Below, one piece after another: positions 24,439 through 36,233 of a stretch of 64,000 bases of DNA (its first letter is position 1; each line of letters starts with the position of its first letter). The stretch is from Scyliorhinus canicula (Eukaryota): positions 130,472,653-130,536,652 of the forward strand of contig NC_052162.1 in the NCBI RefSeq assembly GCF_902713615.1, in the 5' to 3' direction. Made by a program: the position numbers and the translations under genes. A model generated the notes under the pieces. The model saw nothing but the letters and a program-made list of their open reading frames with translations, did not search any database and was not told where the DNA came from.

Positions 24439-25473
24439 TCATTTGTGAACTTGCTGGTGTTTGAGCAGCTGGGACACCTGAGTGAATCCATTCCCACACT
24501 CGGAGCAAATGAGCGATTTCTCCCCCGTGTGAACTCGTCGGTGTGTCGACAGGTGGGACGACTGTGTGAATCCCCTCCCACACTCAGAGCAGGTGAACGG
24601 CCTCTCCCCGGTGTGAACCCGCTGGTGTGAAAGCAGGTTGGATGACTGACTGAATCCTTTCCCACACTTGGAGCAGGTGAACGGTCTCTCCCCGGTGTGA
24701 ATTCGCTGGTGCATCAGAAGAGTGGATGAATGCGAAAATCCCTTCCCGCACTCGGAGCAGGTGAACGGCCTCTCCCCAGTGTGAGTGCGCTGGTGTACAC
24801 TGAGTTGAGATGATTGTCTGAACCCAGTCCCGCAGTGAGAGCACCTGAATGGCCTCTCATCAGTGTGAATACGTTGATGGAACATCAGTTCCTGGGAGCT
24901 TTTGTAGAACTTCCCACAGTCTGGACATTTAAAGGGTCTCTTGTCAGTGTGTACTCTTCGATGTGCCATTAGGTTGGACGAATTAATGAATCCCTTTCCA
25001 CACTCAGAACAGGTGAACGGCCTCTCCCCGGTGTGAACCCGATGGTGTATGAACAGCTGTGATGACCGACTGAATCCCTTCCCACAATCTGGGCAGGTGA
25101 ACGGCCTCTCCCCAGTGTGGACTCTCTGGTGGATGGTGAAGTCAGATAAACGTCTGAAATCGGTCCCACAGCGTGAGCACCGAAACGGTCTCTCGTCAGT
25201 GTGAACCCTTTGATGTGTCACCAGGATGGACGAAACATTGAATCTTTTCCCACTCTCGGAGTTTGGGAGTGACCTCTCCCCAGCGTGACAGCACCGATGA
25301 GCTTCCAGCTCAGATGTGTGATTAAACCCCTTCCTACAGTCCCCACATTTCCATGACATCTCCTTGCGACTGCATTCATGTTCTGAGGTGCCAGGCGATC
25401 GGGTGAAGTCTTGTCCACGCACAGAACGTGTGAGTGGTTTCTCCCCACTGTGAACCGAGCTTCTTCCTTCCAT
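24439..25473 (-). CDS. Tandem C2H2 zinc-finger protein ZNF-B, 10 intact + 2 degenerate fingers
   Basis: Open frame from AACATGG (25473) to HQQVHK*. Acceptor with exon start 25583; candidate donor at 29497; AATAAA at ~24370 and ~24330. Confidence 0.9.
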   Translation of the reverse strand: MEGRSSVHSGEKPLTRSVRGQDFTRSPGTSEHECSRKEMSWKCGDCRKGFNHTSELEAHRCCHAGERSLPNSESGKRFNVSSILVTHQRVHTDERPFRCSRCGTDFRRLSDFTIHQRVHTGERPFTCPDCGKGFSRSSQLFIHHRVHTGERPFTCSECGKGFINSSNLMAHRRVHTDKRPFKCPDCGKFYKSSQELMFHQRIHTDERPFRCSHCGTGFRQSSQLSVHQRTHTGERPFTCSECGKGFSHSSTLLMHQRIHTGERPFTCSKCGKGFSQSSNLLSHQRVHTGERPFTCSECGRGFTQSSHLSTHRRVHTGEKSLICSECGNGFTQVSQLLKHQQVHK

Positions 25474-25999
25474 GTTCAAAATACGATTGATATCCAAGAT
25501 TACGATAAATTGAGCAACTCGTCAGATTTTAATGTGATGTTTGGTTTCAGTTTCCCAACTGCAAATCCTCCCCTTCTAACACCCTGTGAAATGCATTTAA
25601 AACAGAAAAAAGTGAGTGAGAGAGAATCCACAGAAACACAAAGGCAGGTTGTGAAATTGAGCTGAATGAATCTGGTCATTTGTGGGGCCGGCACTGGGAA
25701 AAAGTGACCATGAACGCTGCTGGATTGTCATAAAAACCCAACTGGTTCACCAATGTCCTTCAGAGAACAGAACCTGCCACCCAGTCTAGACCTAAACAAA
25801 GTTCTGGCCTATTTAACAGGAGAGACAGAGATAGGTGGGAGAGGTACGCAGCGAGGGAGAGGCATTTTACATTTCGACAACTTAACCAGAACGTTGACCG
25901 AATCCTAAACCGTAAACCTCCACCACTGAGAAGGCCTAAGGTGTCTGTGAACAGCATCATCTCGACGTTTCCCTCCAACACGCACATCATACCGCCCTC

Positions 26000-26226
26000 T
26001 TTTTTAAAATAAATTTAGATTACCCAATTATTTTTTTCGAATTAAGGGGCAATTTAGCATGGCCAATCCACCTACTCTGCACATTTTTGGGTTGTGGGGG
26101 CGAAACCCACGCAGACACGGGGAGAATGTGCAAACTCCACACGGACAGTGACCCAGAGCCGGGATCGAACCTGGGACCTCAGCGCCGTGAGGCGGTTGTG
26201 CTAACCACTAGGCCACCGTGCTGCCC
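26000..26226 (-). mobile_element. V-SINE, short form
   Basis: Consensus match; flanked by duplicated CACATCATACCGCCCT. Confidence 0.9.
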
Positions 26227-26229
26227 CAC

Positions 26230-27260
26230 ATCATACCGCCCTGACTTGACTGACATCCAGTACTGGATGAACTGAAATTTCCTCCTTTTCTATACTGGGA
26301 AGACCAAAGTCATTGTCTTCAGTCCCCTTGACATATTCCACTATCTATCCACCAACTATTTCCGCTCCCTGGCAACTGAGGTTGAACCAGACTGTTCACA
26401 CCCGTCAGGAAATATTTCCCCCCCCCCCCCAAGATGAGCTTCCACCTACTCACATCATCACCAAGACATCGCCCGACTCCCCCCTAGTCTCTGCTCATCT
26501 GCTGCTGAAACCCTCGCCCATTCCTTGGTTAGTTGATACTTAACTATCGTAATGCAGTCCAGACGGCCTCCCACTGTCAACCTTCTGTAATCTTGAGGAC
26601 ATCTAAAACTGCTGTCCATGTGCTTACTTATGCCAAGTGAAATGAAATGAAATGAAAATCGCTTATTGTCACGAGTAGGCTTCAAATGAAGTTACTGTGA
26701 AAAGCCCCTAGTCGCCACATTCCGGCGCCTGTTCGGGGAGGCTGGTACGGGAATTGAACCGTGCTGCTGGCCTGCCTTGAAACCCAGCGATTTAGCCCTG
26801 GGCTAAACAGCCCCTATTCTTATTCCATTCTATTCCATAAGTCTTATTCCATCTGTGCTTGCAGAATTTCGAAAATTCTGCTTTAAGATTTTGAATTTCT
26901 AATCCATGTTTTCAAATCCGTGAGTGTGATCATCTCTTTCTCTGACATTTCTTCCAGCCACACAACCCTCAGGGCTCTCTGTGCTCCTTTACTTCTGGGC
27001 TCCGGAGCAGTCACAATGTTATTTGCTCCACCTTTGTTGCGAGTTGCCTGGGTCCTGAAGTGAGAGAATTTGTCCTTAAACCTCCAGCTTCGCAATCTTC
27101 CTCTCCAGCTTTAAGATTCTCAACAAAATCTACCTCTTTGACCAAACTTATTGTTACGAGCCCCAATATCTCCTTAAGCGGCTCAGTGTCACATGTTGCT
27201 TTCAACAGTCTTATGAAACAACCTGGAACAATCTATTATGAAAGAGGTACTACATCAATA
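26230..27260 (+). mobile_element. Old L2-like LINE fragment with small SINE (26636-26815, -)
   Basis: Homologous to 56260-57060 in the ZNF-D intron; SINE has a (CATTT)n tail. Confidence 0.55.
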
Positions 27261-27279
27261 TAATGAATACATCAACAAG

Positions 27280-29075
27280 CACCTAATTAACCTCATCCCA
27301 TTTTCCAGCACTTGGCCCTTAGCCTTGGGTGCTGTGGGATTTCAAGTGCTCAGCTAAATACTAGTTAAATGTTGTGAGGGTTCCCGCCTCCACCAGCCTT
27401 TCAGGCAGTGAGCTCCAGATTCCCACTACCCCCTGGATGAATAGATTTTTCCCCACATCTCCGATAAACCTCCTACCCATTCCCTGAAATCTATGCCCTC
27501 TAGTTATTGACCCCTCTGCTCATGGGAAATGTTCTTTCCTGTCCACCCTCTCTATAACCCTCGTAATTTTATACACCTCAATCATGTCCCCCTCAGCTTT
27601 CTCTGCTCCAAGGAAAACAGTCCTAGTCTGTCTTGATAGCTAAAATGCTCCTGCACCCACTCTGGTACAATCACATTCTTCCTAGTGTGGTGACCAGAAC
27701 TGCACACACTACTCCAGCTGTTGCCGAATCAGCGTTTTATACAGCTCCATCATAACCTCCCTGCCCTTATATTCTATGCCTCAGTTAATAAAGGCAAGTA
27801 TCCCCTATGCCTTTGTAACCACACAATAATAATAATCACTTATTGTCACAAGTCGGCTTCAATTAAGTTACTGTGAAAAGCCCCGAGGTGCCGGAATGTG
27901 GCGACTGTTCGGGGAGGCTGGTACGGGAATTGAACCCGCACTGCTGGCCGCCTTCTGCTTTACAAGCCAGCTGTTTAGTCCACTGTGCTAAACTAGCCCC
28001 TTATCTACCTGTTCTGCTGTCTTTCGGGATCTATGAGCATACACACCAATATCCCTCTGATCCTCTGTACTTTTGAGGTCCCTACCACTTTCCCATGTCT
28101 TGTTAGTCGTCCCAAAATGCATTACCTCACACTTTTCAGGGTTAAATTCCATTTGTCACTATTCTGCCCATCTAACCAGCCTATCAATATCATCCTGTAA
28201 TTGAAGGCTTTCCTCCTCATTATTTACCACACTATCAATTTTTGTGGCATCTGTGAACTTACTGATCATACCTCCTACATTCACATCCAGATCATTAATG
28301 TAAACAAATAGCAAGGGACCCAGCACCAATCCCTGCGGAACACCACTGGACGCAGTCACAAAAACAATATCTGACCATCATCCTCTGTCTCTTGCCACTC
28401 AGCCAATCTTGGATCCAATTTGCCAAATTACCCTGGATCCCATGGGCTCTTCTTGACCAGTCACCCATGTGCAACCTTGGCAAAAGCCTTACTGAATTGT
28501 CATAGACTTTTGCAGCGCAGGAGGCCATTCGGCCCATCGAGTCTGCACCGGCTCCTGGAAAGAGCACCCTACCCAAGGTCAACACCTCCACCCTATCCCC
28601 ATAACCCAGTAACCCCACCCAACACTAAGGGCGATTTTGGACACTAAGGGCAATTTATCATGCCCAATCCACCTAACCTGCACATTTTTGGACTGTGGGA
28701 GGAAACTGGAGCACCCGGAGGAAACCCACACACACACGGGGAGGATGTGCAGACTCCGCACAGACAGTGACCCAAGCCGGAATCAAACCTGGGACCCTGG
28801 AGCTGTGAAGCAATTGTGCTATCCACAGTGCTACCATGCTGCCCCGAAGTCCATGCAGATTACATCAACCGCACTGCCTTCATCGACGCACCTCGTCACA
28901 TCTTTCTCCTTGAAAAATTCAATCAAATTTGTAAGACATGATCTCCCTTTGACAAAACCACGTTGACTAGCTTTGATTAATGCTGTCCCTCGGAACTTTT
29001 ACCAACAGTTTTCCCAACCACTGAAGTTGGATTCACTGGCCTGCAATTTCCTGATTTTCCCCTACTTCGCTTCTT
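27280..29075 (-). mobile_element. CR1 fragment with nested SINEs (27826-28000, 28500-28844)
   Basis: SGVPQGLVLGPLLFVYINDLD...KFTDATK; GNCRPVNPTSVVGK. Confidence 0.8.
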
Positions 29076-29329
29076 GAATAACGGTACCACTTTGTGGGAG
29101 CACCTTCGCCACACGGACTGCAGCGGTTCAAGAAGGTCAAACATCATCTTCTCCACAGGTAACTGGGGATGGGGAATATTTGCAGCTGGTCTTGTTGGTG
29201 AAAGGACAGGGGAGTGGGAGGAGCTGATTGACTCTGGCACAGAGAGCCAGCACAGACAGGACGGGCTGAATGGCCTCAGTCTGTACTGTCACCATTCAAT
29301 GATTCACTGACACAGAAGCGACGCTGGAG

Positions 29330-29900
29330 AACCAATGGCCAACCTGATACAAAGCGGCTCTCCATTGATCATTCAATGCAGCCCGGCTCGGTGTAAACAG
29401 GGAGAGGGGTGGGGGGGGATCCACTCAGTTTATTCCCGGGGTTTGCGGTTCACACATGTTTCCTGGGCCTCTCCGTCCACCCGTCAGACCCCGTTACCTC
29501 CCCCACTTTACCCAACGTGGACCCGTCTGCCCAGCTCCATCATTCTCACTGCGCATGCTTCACTCACAACCCGCCCCCGCTCGGTCCTCCAGACCCGCCC
29601 CCCCCTTCATTCACTCCGATTGGTTGGAGGACCGGCCGCTCCCGCTCGGTCCTCCAGACCCGCTCCCCCCTCATTCACTCCGATTGGTTGGAGGACCGGC
29701 CGCTCCCGCTCGGTCCTCCAGACCCGCCGCTCCCCCTCATTCACTCCGATTGGTTGGAGGACCGGCTGGACCTCCCACTTGGAGCCGGCTGTCGCTCGAG
29801 CATGCGCTTTGTTGGTCCGGCCCGATCATGCGCAGTACGGCTGGAGTTGGACGGTAGAGAGAGAAAAATGGTGGGTGAATGGTGAAGGTGGTGAGTGGGG
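29330..29900. promoter_or_regulatory. Bidirectional promoter 2 (ZNF-B / ZNF-C)
   Basis: CpG-rich; NRF1 TGCGCATGC 29550-29558 plus further GCATGCGC/CATGCGCA sites; three ATTGG boxes; GC boxes; outward-facing donor candidates at 29497 (-) and 29891 (+). Confidence 0.8.
29570..29767. repeat. Promoter tandem repeat, ~3 x 64-66 bp
   Basis: Unit TCATTCACTCCGATTGGTTGGAGGACCGGCCGCTCCCGCTCGGTCCTCCAGACCCGC; ATTGG at 29619, 29683 and 29749. Confidence 0.92.
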
Positions 29901-30990
29901 GAGCTATGGAGCGGAGGAGGCTTCATACACATCCAGTGGAGGCCATAGACCTCAGGAGGTTATAATATTAAAAACTGAAATTGTTTCAGAGATGAATATT
30001 TTTGAGATTCCTCTACAATTTGGAGTGCTGTGCTCTGTGGGAGGTTCCATGTCTCTGAGGCTGGTCTGACTCCTTTACTGTGGATCTAAATCCATGTCCA
30101 TCCATTGCTCTCTTCCACCTCTGTCCTCCCTGATCAGCTCTCTGCCACTGTCTAACTCCCTCTGTCTCTAACGATGGGTGTGTTTGACTCTATTTATTGT
30201 TGCTTCCACTCTGTCTAAATGAGGTTCCCACTGCTGTCCGTCCCCTGACCAGGTGATCAGGAATCCATTTCTCTTCTGAGCTTAGATTGACCATCAAATT
30301 CTGCACCATTTTTATTCCCTTTAATCCATTCCGAACACCCTGAAAACTTTGCTCTGGTTTCTTCCTCCACAGGTGCAGTCAGGCCAGCTGAGCGTTTCCA
30401 TTTCTCATTTCGGATCTCCAGCATACGGCAGTATTTTAATTTTATTTACGTTAGGGTGGTGTCTGACTTGGAAGGGAACTTGGGAGCTGGTGGGTGTTCC
30501 CAGACCCCTGATACCATGTCCTTCTAGGAAAGGAGGTTGAGGGTTTGTGAGATTCAGTCAAAGTTCTGGTTGAGTTTTAGATATATAAGGTTATTTTCTT
30601 GCACCCCCTGCCTCTTCCATCTCTCACAATCTGCTCCCGTTGTGCTCAGAGTCTTGTGTAGATCTGGACTAGGTGGCATGGTCCCTTCCCGGAAGGACAT
30701 TAGTGGACCAGTTGTATTTTTATGACACTCTGGTAACTTTCGTCATTACTTTTTCAAAGAACACAGAGTGCTGGTTCCTGTAATGACCAGATTCATTCAT
30801 TTTGATTAATCGCACAAACTGCCTTTGTGATTTTGTGGGTTCTCTCACTCCTTATTTCCTATTTCAGATCGATGTCACAGCATATTAGAAGATGAAGATT
30901 TTCAGTCCAGGGACTCAAACCAAACATTCACATCAGGATCTGACAGAAACTGCCAATTTATTGTGACCTGAATATCATCAGATTTTGAAA

Positions 30991-33051
30991 ATGGAAGGAA
31001 AAAACAGCGTTAATGGGGGGAAACCGTACACATGTTCTGTCTGTGGACAAGTCTTCAACCAATTAGCTGACCTGTCTGTACTTAAATGCAGTAACAATGG
31101 GGAGAAACTGTGGAAATGTGGAGAATGTGGGAAGGGATTCATTTACCCATTCAAATCGGTAAATGTGGACAGTCATACTGAGGAGAAACCATTCACCTAT
31201 CCTGTGTGTGGGAAGGGATTTAATACTTCAGCAAACCTGCTGAAACATCACCACAGTCTCACAGCAGAGAAGCTGTTCACCTGCTCTGTGTGTAGGAAGG
31301 GATTTGCTCGCTCATCCAACCTGCTGAGACACCAGCGGGTTCACACTGATGAGAGACCTTTTAAATGCCCGGACTGCGGGAAGTTCTACAAAAGTTCCCA
31401 GGAACTGATATCCCATCGACTTGTTCACACTGTCGAGAGACCGTTCAGCTGCTCTCACTGCGGGACTGGGTTCAAACAATCATCTGACCTCACTAAACAC
31501 CAGCGGGTTCACACCGGAGAGAGGCCGTTCACCTGCTCCAAGTGTGGGAAGGGATTTGCTCACTCCTCCAACCTGCTAAGACACCAACGCGTTCACACTG
31601 ATGAGAGGCCTTTTAAATGCTCAGATTGCGGGAAATGCTTTAAAAGTTCCCAGGAGTTGATGTCTCATCAACATGTTCACACTGATGAGAGACCATTCAG
31701 GTGCTCTCATTGTGGGACTAGGTTCAGGCAATCATCTTCCCTGCTGAGACACCAGCGAGTTCACGCCGGGGAGAGACCGTTCACCTGCCCTGAATGTGGG
31801 AAGGGATTTTCTCACTCCTCCAACCTGCTGAGACACCAGCGGGTTCACACTGATGAGAGACCTTTTAAATGCCCGGACTGCGGGAAGTTCTACAAAAGTT
31901 CCCAGGAACTGATATCCCATCGACTTGTTCACACTGTCGAGAGACCGTTCAGCTGCTCTCACTGCGGGACTGGGTTCAAACAATCATCTGACCTCACTAA
32001 ACACCAGCGGGTTCACACCGGAGAGAGGCCGTTCACCTGCTCCAAGTGTGGGAAGGGATTTGCTCACTCCTCCAACCTGCTAAGACACCAACGCGTTCAC
32101 ACTGATGAGAGGCCTTTTAAATGCTCAGATTGCGGGAAATGCTTTAAAAGTTCCCAGGAGTTGATGTCCCATCAACATGTTCACACTGATGAGAGACCAT
32201 TCAGGTGCTCTCATTGTGGGACTAGGTTCAGGCAATCATCTTCCCTGCTGAGACACCAGCGAGTTCACGCCGGGGAGAGACCGTTCACCTGCCCTGAATG
32301 TGGGAAGGGATTTTCTCACTCCTCCAACCTGCTGAGACACCAGCGGGTTCACACTGATGAGAGACCTTTTAAATGCCCGGACTGCGGGAAGTTCTACAAA
32401 AGTTCCCAGGAACTGATATCCCATCGACTTGTTCACACTGTCGAGAGACCGTTCAGCTGCTCTCACTGCGGGACTGGGTTCAAACAATCATCTGACCTCA
32501 CTAAACACCAGCGGGTTCACACCGGAGAGAGGCCGTTCACCTGCTCCAAGTGTGGGAAGGGATTTGCTTACTCCTCCAACCTGCTAAGACACCAACGCGT
32601 TCACACTGATGAGAGGCCTTTTAAATGCTCAGATTGCGGGAAATGCTTTAAAAGTTCCCAGGAGTTGATGTCCCATCAACATGTTCACACTGATGAGAGA
32701 CCATTCAGGTGCTCTCATTGTGGGACTAGGTTCAGGCAATCATCTTCCCTGCTGAGACACCAGCGAGTTCACACCGGGGAGAGACCGTTCACCTGCCCTG
32801 AATGTGGGAAGGGATTTTCTCACTCCTCCAACCTGCTGACACACCAGCGAGTTCACTCTGAGGAGAGACCTTTTAAATGCCCAGACTGTGGGAAGTGCTA
32901 TAAAAGTTCTGGGGAACTAATGTCCCATCAACGTGTTCACACCGACGAAAGACCATTCAGATGCTCTGACTGTGGGATTGGGTTCAGGCGATCATCTGAC
33001 CTCACTGTACATCAGCAGTCACACTGGGGAGAGGCCGTTCACCTGCTCTGA
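30991..33051 (+). CDS. Tandem C2H2 zinc-finger protein ZNF-C, 21 intact fingers (+3 degenerate N-terminal), ended by a frameshift
   Basis: ATG in AAAATGG at 30991; acceptor TCACAG| with exon start 30881; three 168-aa repeats. Confidence 0.88.
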   Translation: MEGKNSVNGGKPYTCSVCGQVFNQLADLSVLKCSNNGEKLWKCGECGKGFIYPFKSVNVDSHTEEKPFTYPVCGKGFNTSANLLKHHHSLTAEKLFTCSVCRKGFARSSNLLRHQRVHTDERPFKCPDCGKFYKSSQELISHRLVHTVERPFSCSHCGTGFKQSSDLTKHQRVHTGERPFTCSKCGKGFAHSSNLLRHQRVHTDERPFKCSDCGKCFKSSQELMSHQHVHTDERPFRCSHCGTRFRQSSSLLRHQRVHAGERPFTCPECGKGFSHSSNLLRHQRVHTDERPFKCPDCGKFYKSSQELISHRLVHTVERPFSCSHCGTGFKQSSDLTKHQRVHTGERPFTCSKCGKGFAHSSNLLRHQRVHTDERPFKCSDCGKCFKSSQELMSHQHVHTDERPFRCSHCGTRFRQSSSLLRHQRVHAGERPFTCPECGKGFSHSSNLLRHQRVHTDERPFKCPDCGKFYKSSQELISHRLVHTVERPFSCSHCGTGFKQSSDLTKHQRVHTGERPFTCSKCGKGFAYSSNLLRHQRVHTDERPFKCSDCGKCFKSSQELMSHQHVHTDERPFRCSHCGTRFRQSSSLLRHQRVHTGERPFTCPECGKGFSHSSNLLTHQRVHSEERPFKCPDCGKCYKSSGELMSHQRVHTDERPFRCSDCGIGFRRSSDLTVHQQSHWGEAVHLL
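31315..32838 (+). repeat. Coding tandem repeat, 3 x 504 bp (six fingers per unit), nearly identical
   Basis: Units start at 31315, 31819 and 32323; I see only about three substitutions. Identical antisense ORFs at 31732 and 32236 are 504 bp apart. Confidence 0.95.
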
Positions 33052-33776
33052 ATGTGGGAAGGGCTTCACGACCTCATTCTACCTGCGAACACACCAGCGG
33101 GTTCACACTGGGGAGATTCCGTTCACCTGCTCTGAGTGTGGTAAGGGATTCACTCAGACATCCCACCTGTTGGTACACCGACGCACTCACACCGGGGAGA
33201 GGCCATTTATTTGCTCCACGTGTGGGAAGGGATTTGCCACTTCACCTCAATTGCAGACACACCAGCGCAGTCACACCGGGGAGAGGCCATTCACCTGCAC
33301 CCAGTGTGGGAAGGGCTTCACTTGTTTATCCCACCTGCTGACACACCGGCGAATTCACACTGGGGAGAGGCCATTTGTTTGTTCCACATGTGGGAAGGGA
33401 TTTGCTCACTCATCCAACATGCAGAGACACCGGCGAGTTCACACTGACGAGAGATCTTTTAAATGTACAGACTGTGGGAAGTTCTACAAAAGCTCCCAGG
33501 AACTGATGTCCCATCAAAGTGTTCACACTGACTAGAGACACTATAGGTGCTCTCACTGCGGGACTGGGTTCAGGCTATCATCTAACCCTCTCCACATCAC
33601 TGCACTCACACTGGGGAGAGACAACCTATCCGCTCCGAGTGCAGGATGGGATTCACTTATTTATCCACTTGCTGATCCACCAGCGAGTTCACACTGGGGA
33701 GAGGCCATTTAATTGCTCGAAACATGGGAAGAGATTGACCTGATCATCCAACCTGCTGAGTACCACCTTGTTCACA
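33020..33776 (+). pseudogene. Out-of-frame continuation of ZNF-C: 6 intact fingers, TAG at 33533, then degenerate fingers
   Basis: ORF 32933-33535 contains HTGERPF-linked fingers; 2-nt deletion near 33015-33023. Confidence 0.85.
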
Positions 33777-33777
33777 T

Positions 33778-34068
33778 GGGCGGCACGGTAGCACAGTGGT
33801 TAGCCCTGTTGCTTCACAGAGCCAGGGTCCCAGGTTCGATTCCCGGCTTGGGTCATTATCCGTTCTCCCTGTGTCTGCGTGGGTTTCCTCCGGGTGCTCC
33901 GGTTTCCTCCCACAAGTCCCGAAAGACGTGCTGTTGGGTGAATTGGACATTCTGAATTCTCCCTCTGTGACCCGGACAGGCTCCGGAATGTGGCGACTGG
34001 GGGATTCTCACAGTAACTTCATTGCAGTGTTAATGTCAGCCTACTTGTGACACTAATAAAGATTATTC
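33778..34068 (+). mobile_element. V-SINE type c inserted at the ancestral ZNF-C stop region
   Basis: Consensus match; flanks read GTTCACA...AAGTAG, like the VHK* ends of ZNF-B and ZNF-D. Confidence 0.88.
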
Positions 34069-34679
34069 TAAGTAGCCATGGTGATTGAGTTCTGCTGTTA
34101 TTCACATCCCAGGGCTGAACATGTTCATTTAGGTCTGTTTCTGCTGATAATTCAATTCCTGTTATGAGTGTTAAGATTATGGTTAAAAGTTAAATAAATC
34201 AGCTTTCTGTCAAAAAAAAATGTGTTGGATCGTTTAACATCTCGAACACAATTTTGAAGGGCTCTTCCTCTCCCGTCTCCTCCATATTGAACTCCAACAT
34301 GAGGAGCTGATAGAGCTTCTTTCTCTACTTTTTCCTTATCTACACTTCTGCTCCCTCAGAGCCCATCTTATCCATGACACCCAACCTTTCCCACGCGCCT
34401 ATTCCCACTAAACTGCTGACCACCCAACTTCTCCATGTTCACCGTAAGGTAAACAGTGCGCTTCCGTCAGATACTAGAAACAAAAGGACATCAGAACTAG
34501 GAGTAGACCATTCGGCCCATCAAACCGGCTCCACCATTCAATAAGATCATGGCTGACCTTTCTTGTGGCTTTAATTCCACTTTCCACATAACCCTTGACT
34601 CCTTTAAAGATCAAAAATCCTGTCTAACTCCACTTCTGTTCAATAACCCGTTCCCCCAATGTTCTCTGTGCACAGGAAT

Positions 34680-35406
34680 TCCTGAACCAATGGCCATCTG
34701 AGAGGAGGAGTTACTCAGATCCTTCTCATATCTCGCCCTCAGGAACCCGCGAATGCTATTCAGATGAACACACCTGTGATTGGATAAGAGCTGCATGACA
34801 GTGTCGGGAAATGCCAACGGACAGTTCTAATGGGGGGGGAATCAGTTGGGGGGTTCCATAGAATCCCTACAGTAGTGCAGGGTTTCCAGCAAAAGAACCA
34901 CCCTCAAGGGGATGGGTCTGGCAAAGAAAAGAACAAAGGAAATAAGGTAAATAAAGAAGCAAGAAACCAGGAAACTCGCAAGCAAACTGGAAGCTCCGAG
35001 GAAAGAAGTGGGTTGAACTGTTCCAGAAGTATTTTTTTTAAATTTAGAGTACCCAATTCATTTTTCCCAATTAAAGGGCAATTTAGCGTGGCCAATCCAC
35101 CCAGCCTGCACATCTTTGGGTTGTGGGGGCGAAACCCACGCCGACACGGGGAGAATGTGCAAACTCCACACGGATGGTGACCTGGGATCGTACCTGGGAC
35201 CTCAGCGCCATGAGGCAGCAGGGCTAACCCACTGCGCCACCATACTGTCCAGATGTATAGAGCTCACCTTGTTCTATAAATCACTGCCTGGACTTTACCT
35301 TTAGTCCATAAGTTTGTCCTGCCTTTCTCTTAATAAAAATGCTTCACGCCTGAACTTTTATTGTCACATCCGATCTTGTTTGTAAGTAAGGGGTTCAATC
35401 CTGACA
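34680..35406 (+). mobile_element. Probable solo LTR with nested short SINE (35030-35245, -)
   Basis: CCAAT, TATAAA, AATAAA and a ...CCTGACA end; 5' boundary uncertain. Confidence 0.45.
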
Positions 35407-35424
35407 GCCCGCCAAGTTCACATC

Positions 35425-35670
35425 AGGGGTTGTTGCTCATCTGCTCCATATGTGAGAAAGAATTCACTTCTGTGTCCAGCCTCACTGCCCATCTGGTTAT
35501 TCACCCCAATAAGAAACCTTTTTGTTGTTCTCACTGTGCGAAGAGTTTTAAAAATACTGTAAAGATCTGATGAAATAACAACTCACTCACGCTGGAGAGA
35601 AACCATTCGCCTGCACGGCGCGTGGTAAGGGATTCACTCAACCTGCTGACACACCAGCCACCCAGCCGAG
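35425..35670 (+). pseudogene. Fossil C2H2 zinc-finger fragment (~3 fingers)
   Basis: CSICEKEFTSVSSLTAHLVIHPNKKPFCCSHCAKSF, then frameshifted HAGEKPFAC...GKGF. Confidence 0.75.
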
Positions 35671-35847
35671 GGGAACAATTTCTTCCGATGTCAATGAAAG
35701 CTCAAAAGCACATTTCAACATCTCTATTTAATCACCCCTTCTCTGCCCTGGGGAGAACAACCCCAGCTTCTCCAGTCTCTCCAAACCTTTGTGATGCTTT
35801 AATTGCACCTATGGCTCATAAAGCCGAGCTGTCTTGCAAACCAGGAT

Positions 35848-36233
35848 CCTGGTTTAGCTCACTCGGCTAAATCGCTGGCTTTTACAGCAGGCCAGCAGCA
35901 CGGTTTGATTCCCGTACCAGCCTCCCCGGACAGGCGACTAGGGGCTTTTCACAGTAACTTCATTGAAGCCTACTCGTGACAATTAGCGATTTTCATTTTT
36001 TCATTTCATTTCAAAGACTAAATTCAAAGTTTTTTTTTTTTTTTTTAATTAAGGGGCAATTTAACGTGGCCAATCCACCTACTCTGCACATTTTTGGGTT
36101 GTGGGGGCGAAACCCACGCAGACACGGGGAGAATGTGCAAACTCCACACGGACAGTGACCCAGAGCCGTGATCGAACCTGGGACCTCAGCGCCGTGAGGC
36201 GGTTGTGCTAACCACTAGGCCACCGTGCTGCCC
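35848..36233. mobile_element. Small SINE type d (35848-36012, +) and short V-SINE (36030-36233, -)
   Basis: Consensus matches to other copies in the window. Confidence 0.85.

Noticed and set aside
31732-32487. Identical antisense 83-aa ORFs and other alternate-frame ORFs over ZNF genes
   Set aside because: By-products of finger codon periodicity and of the 504-bp repeat.
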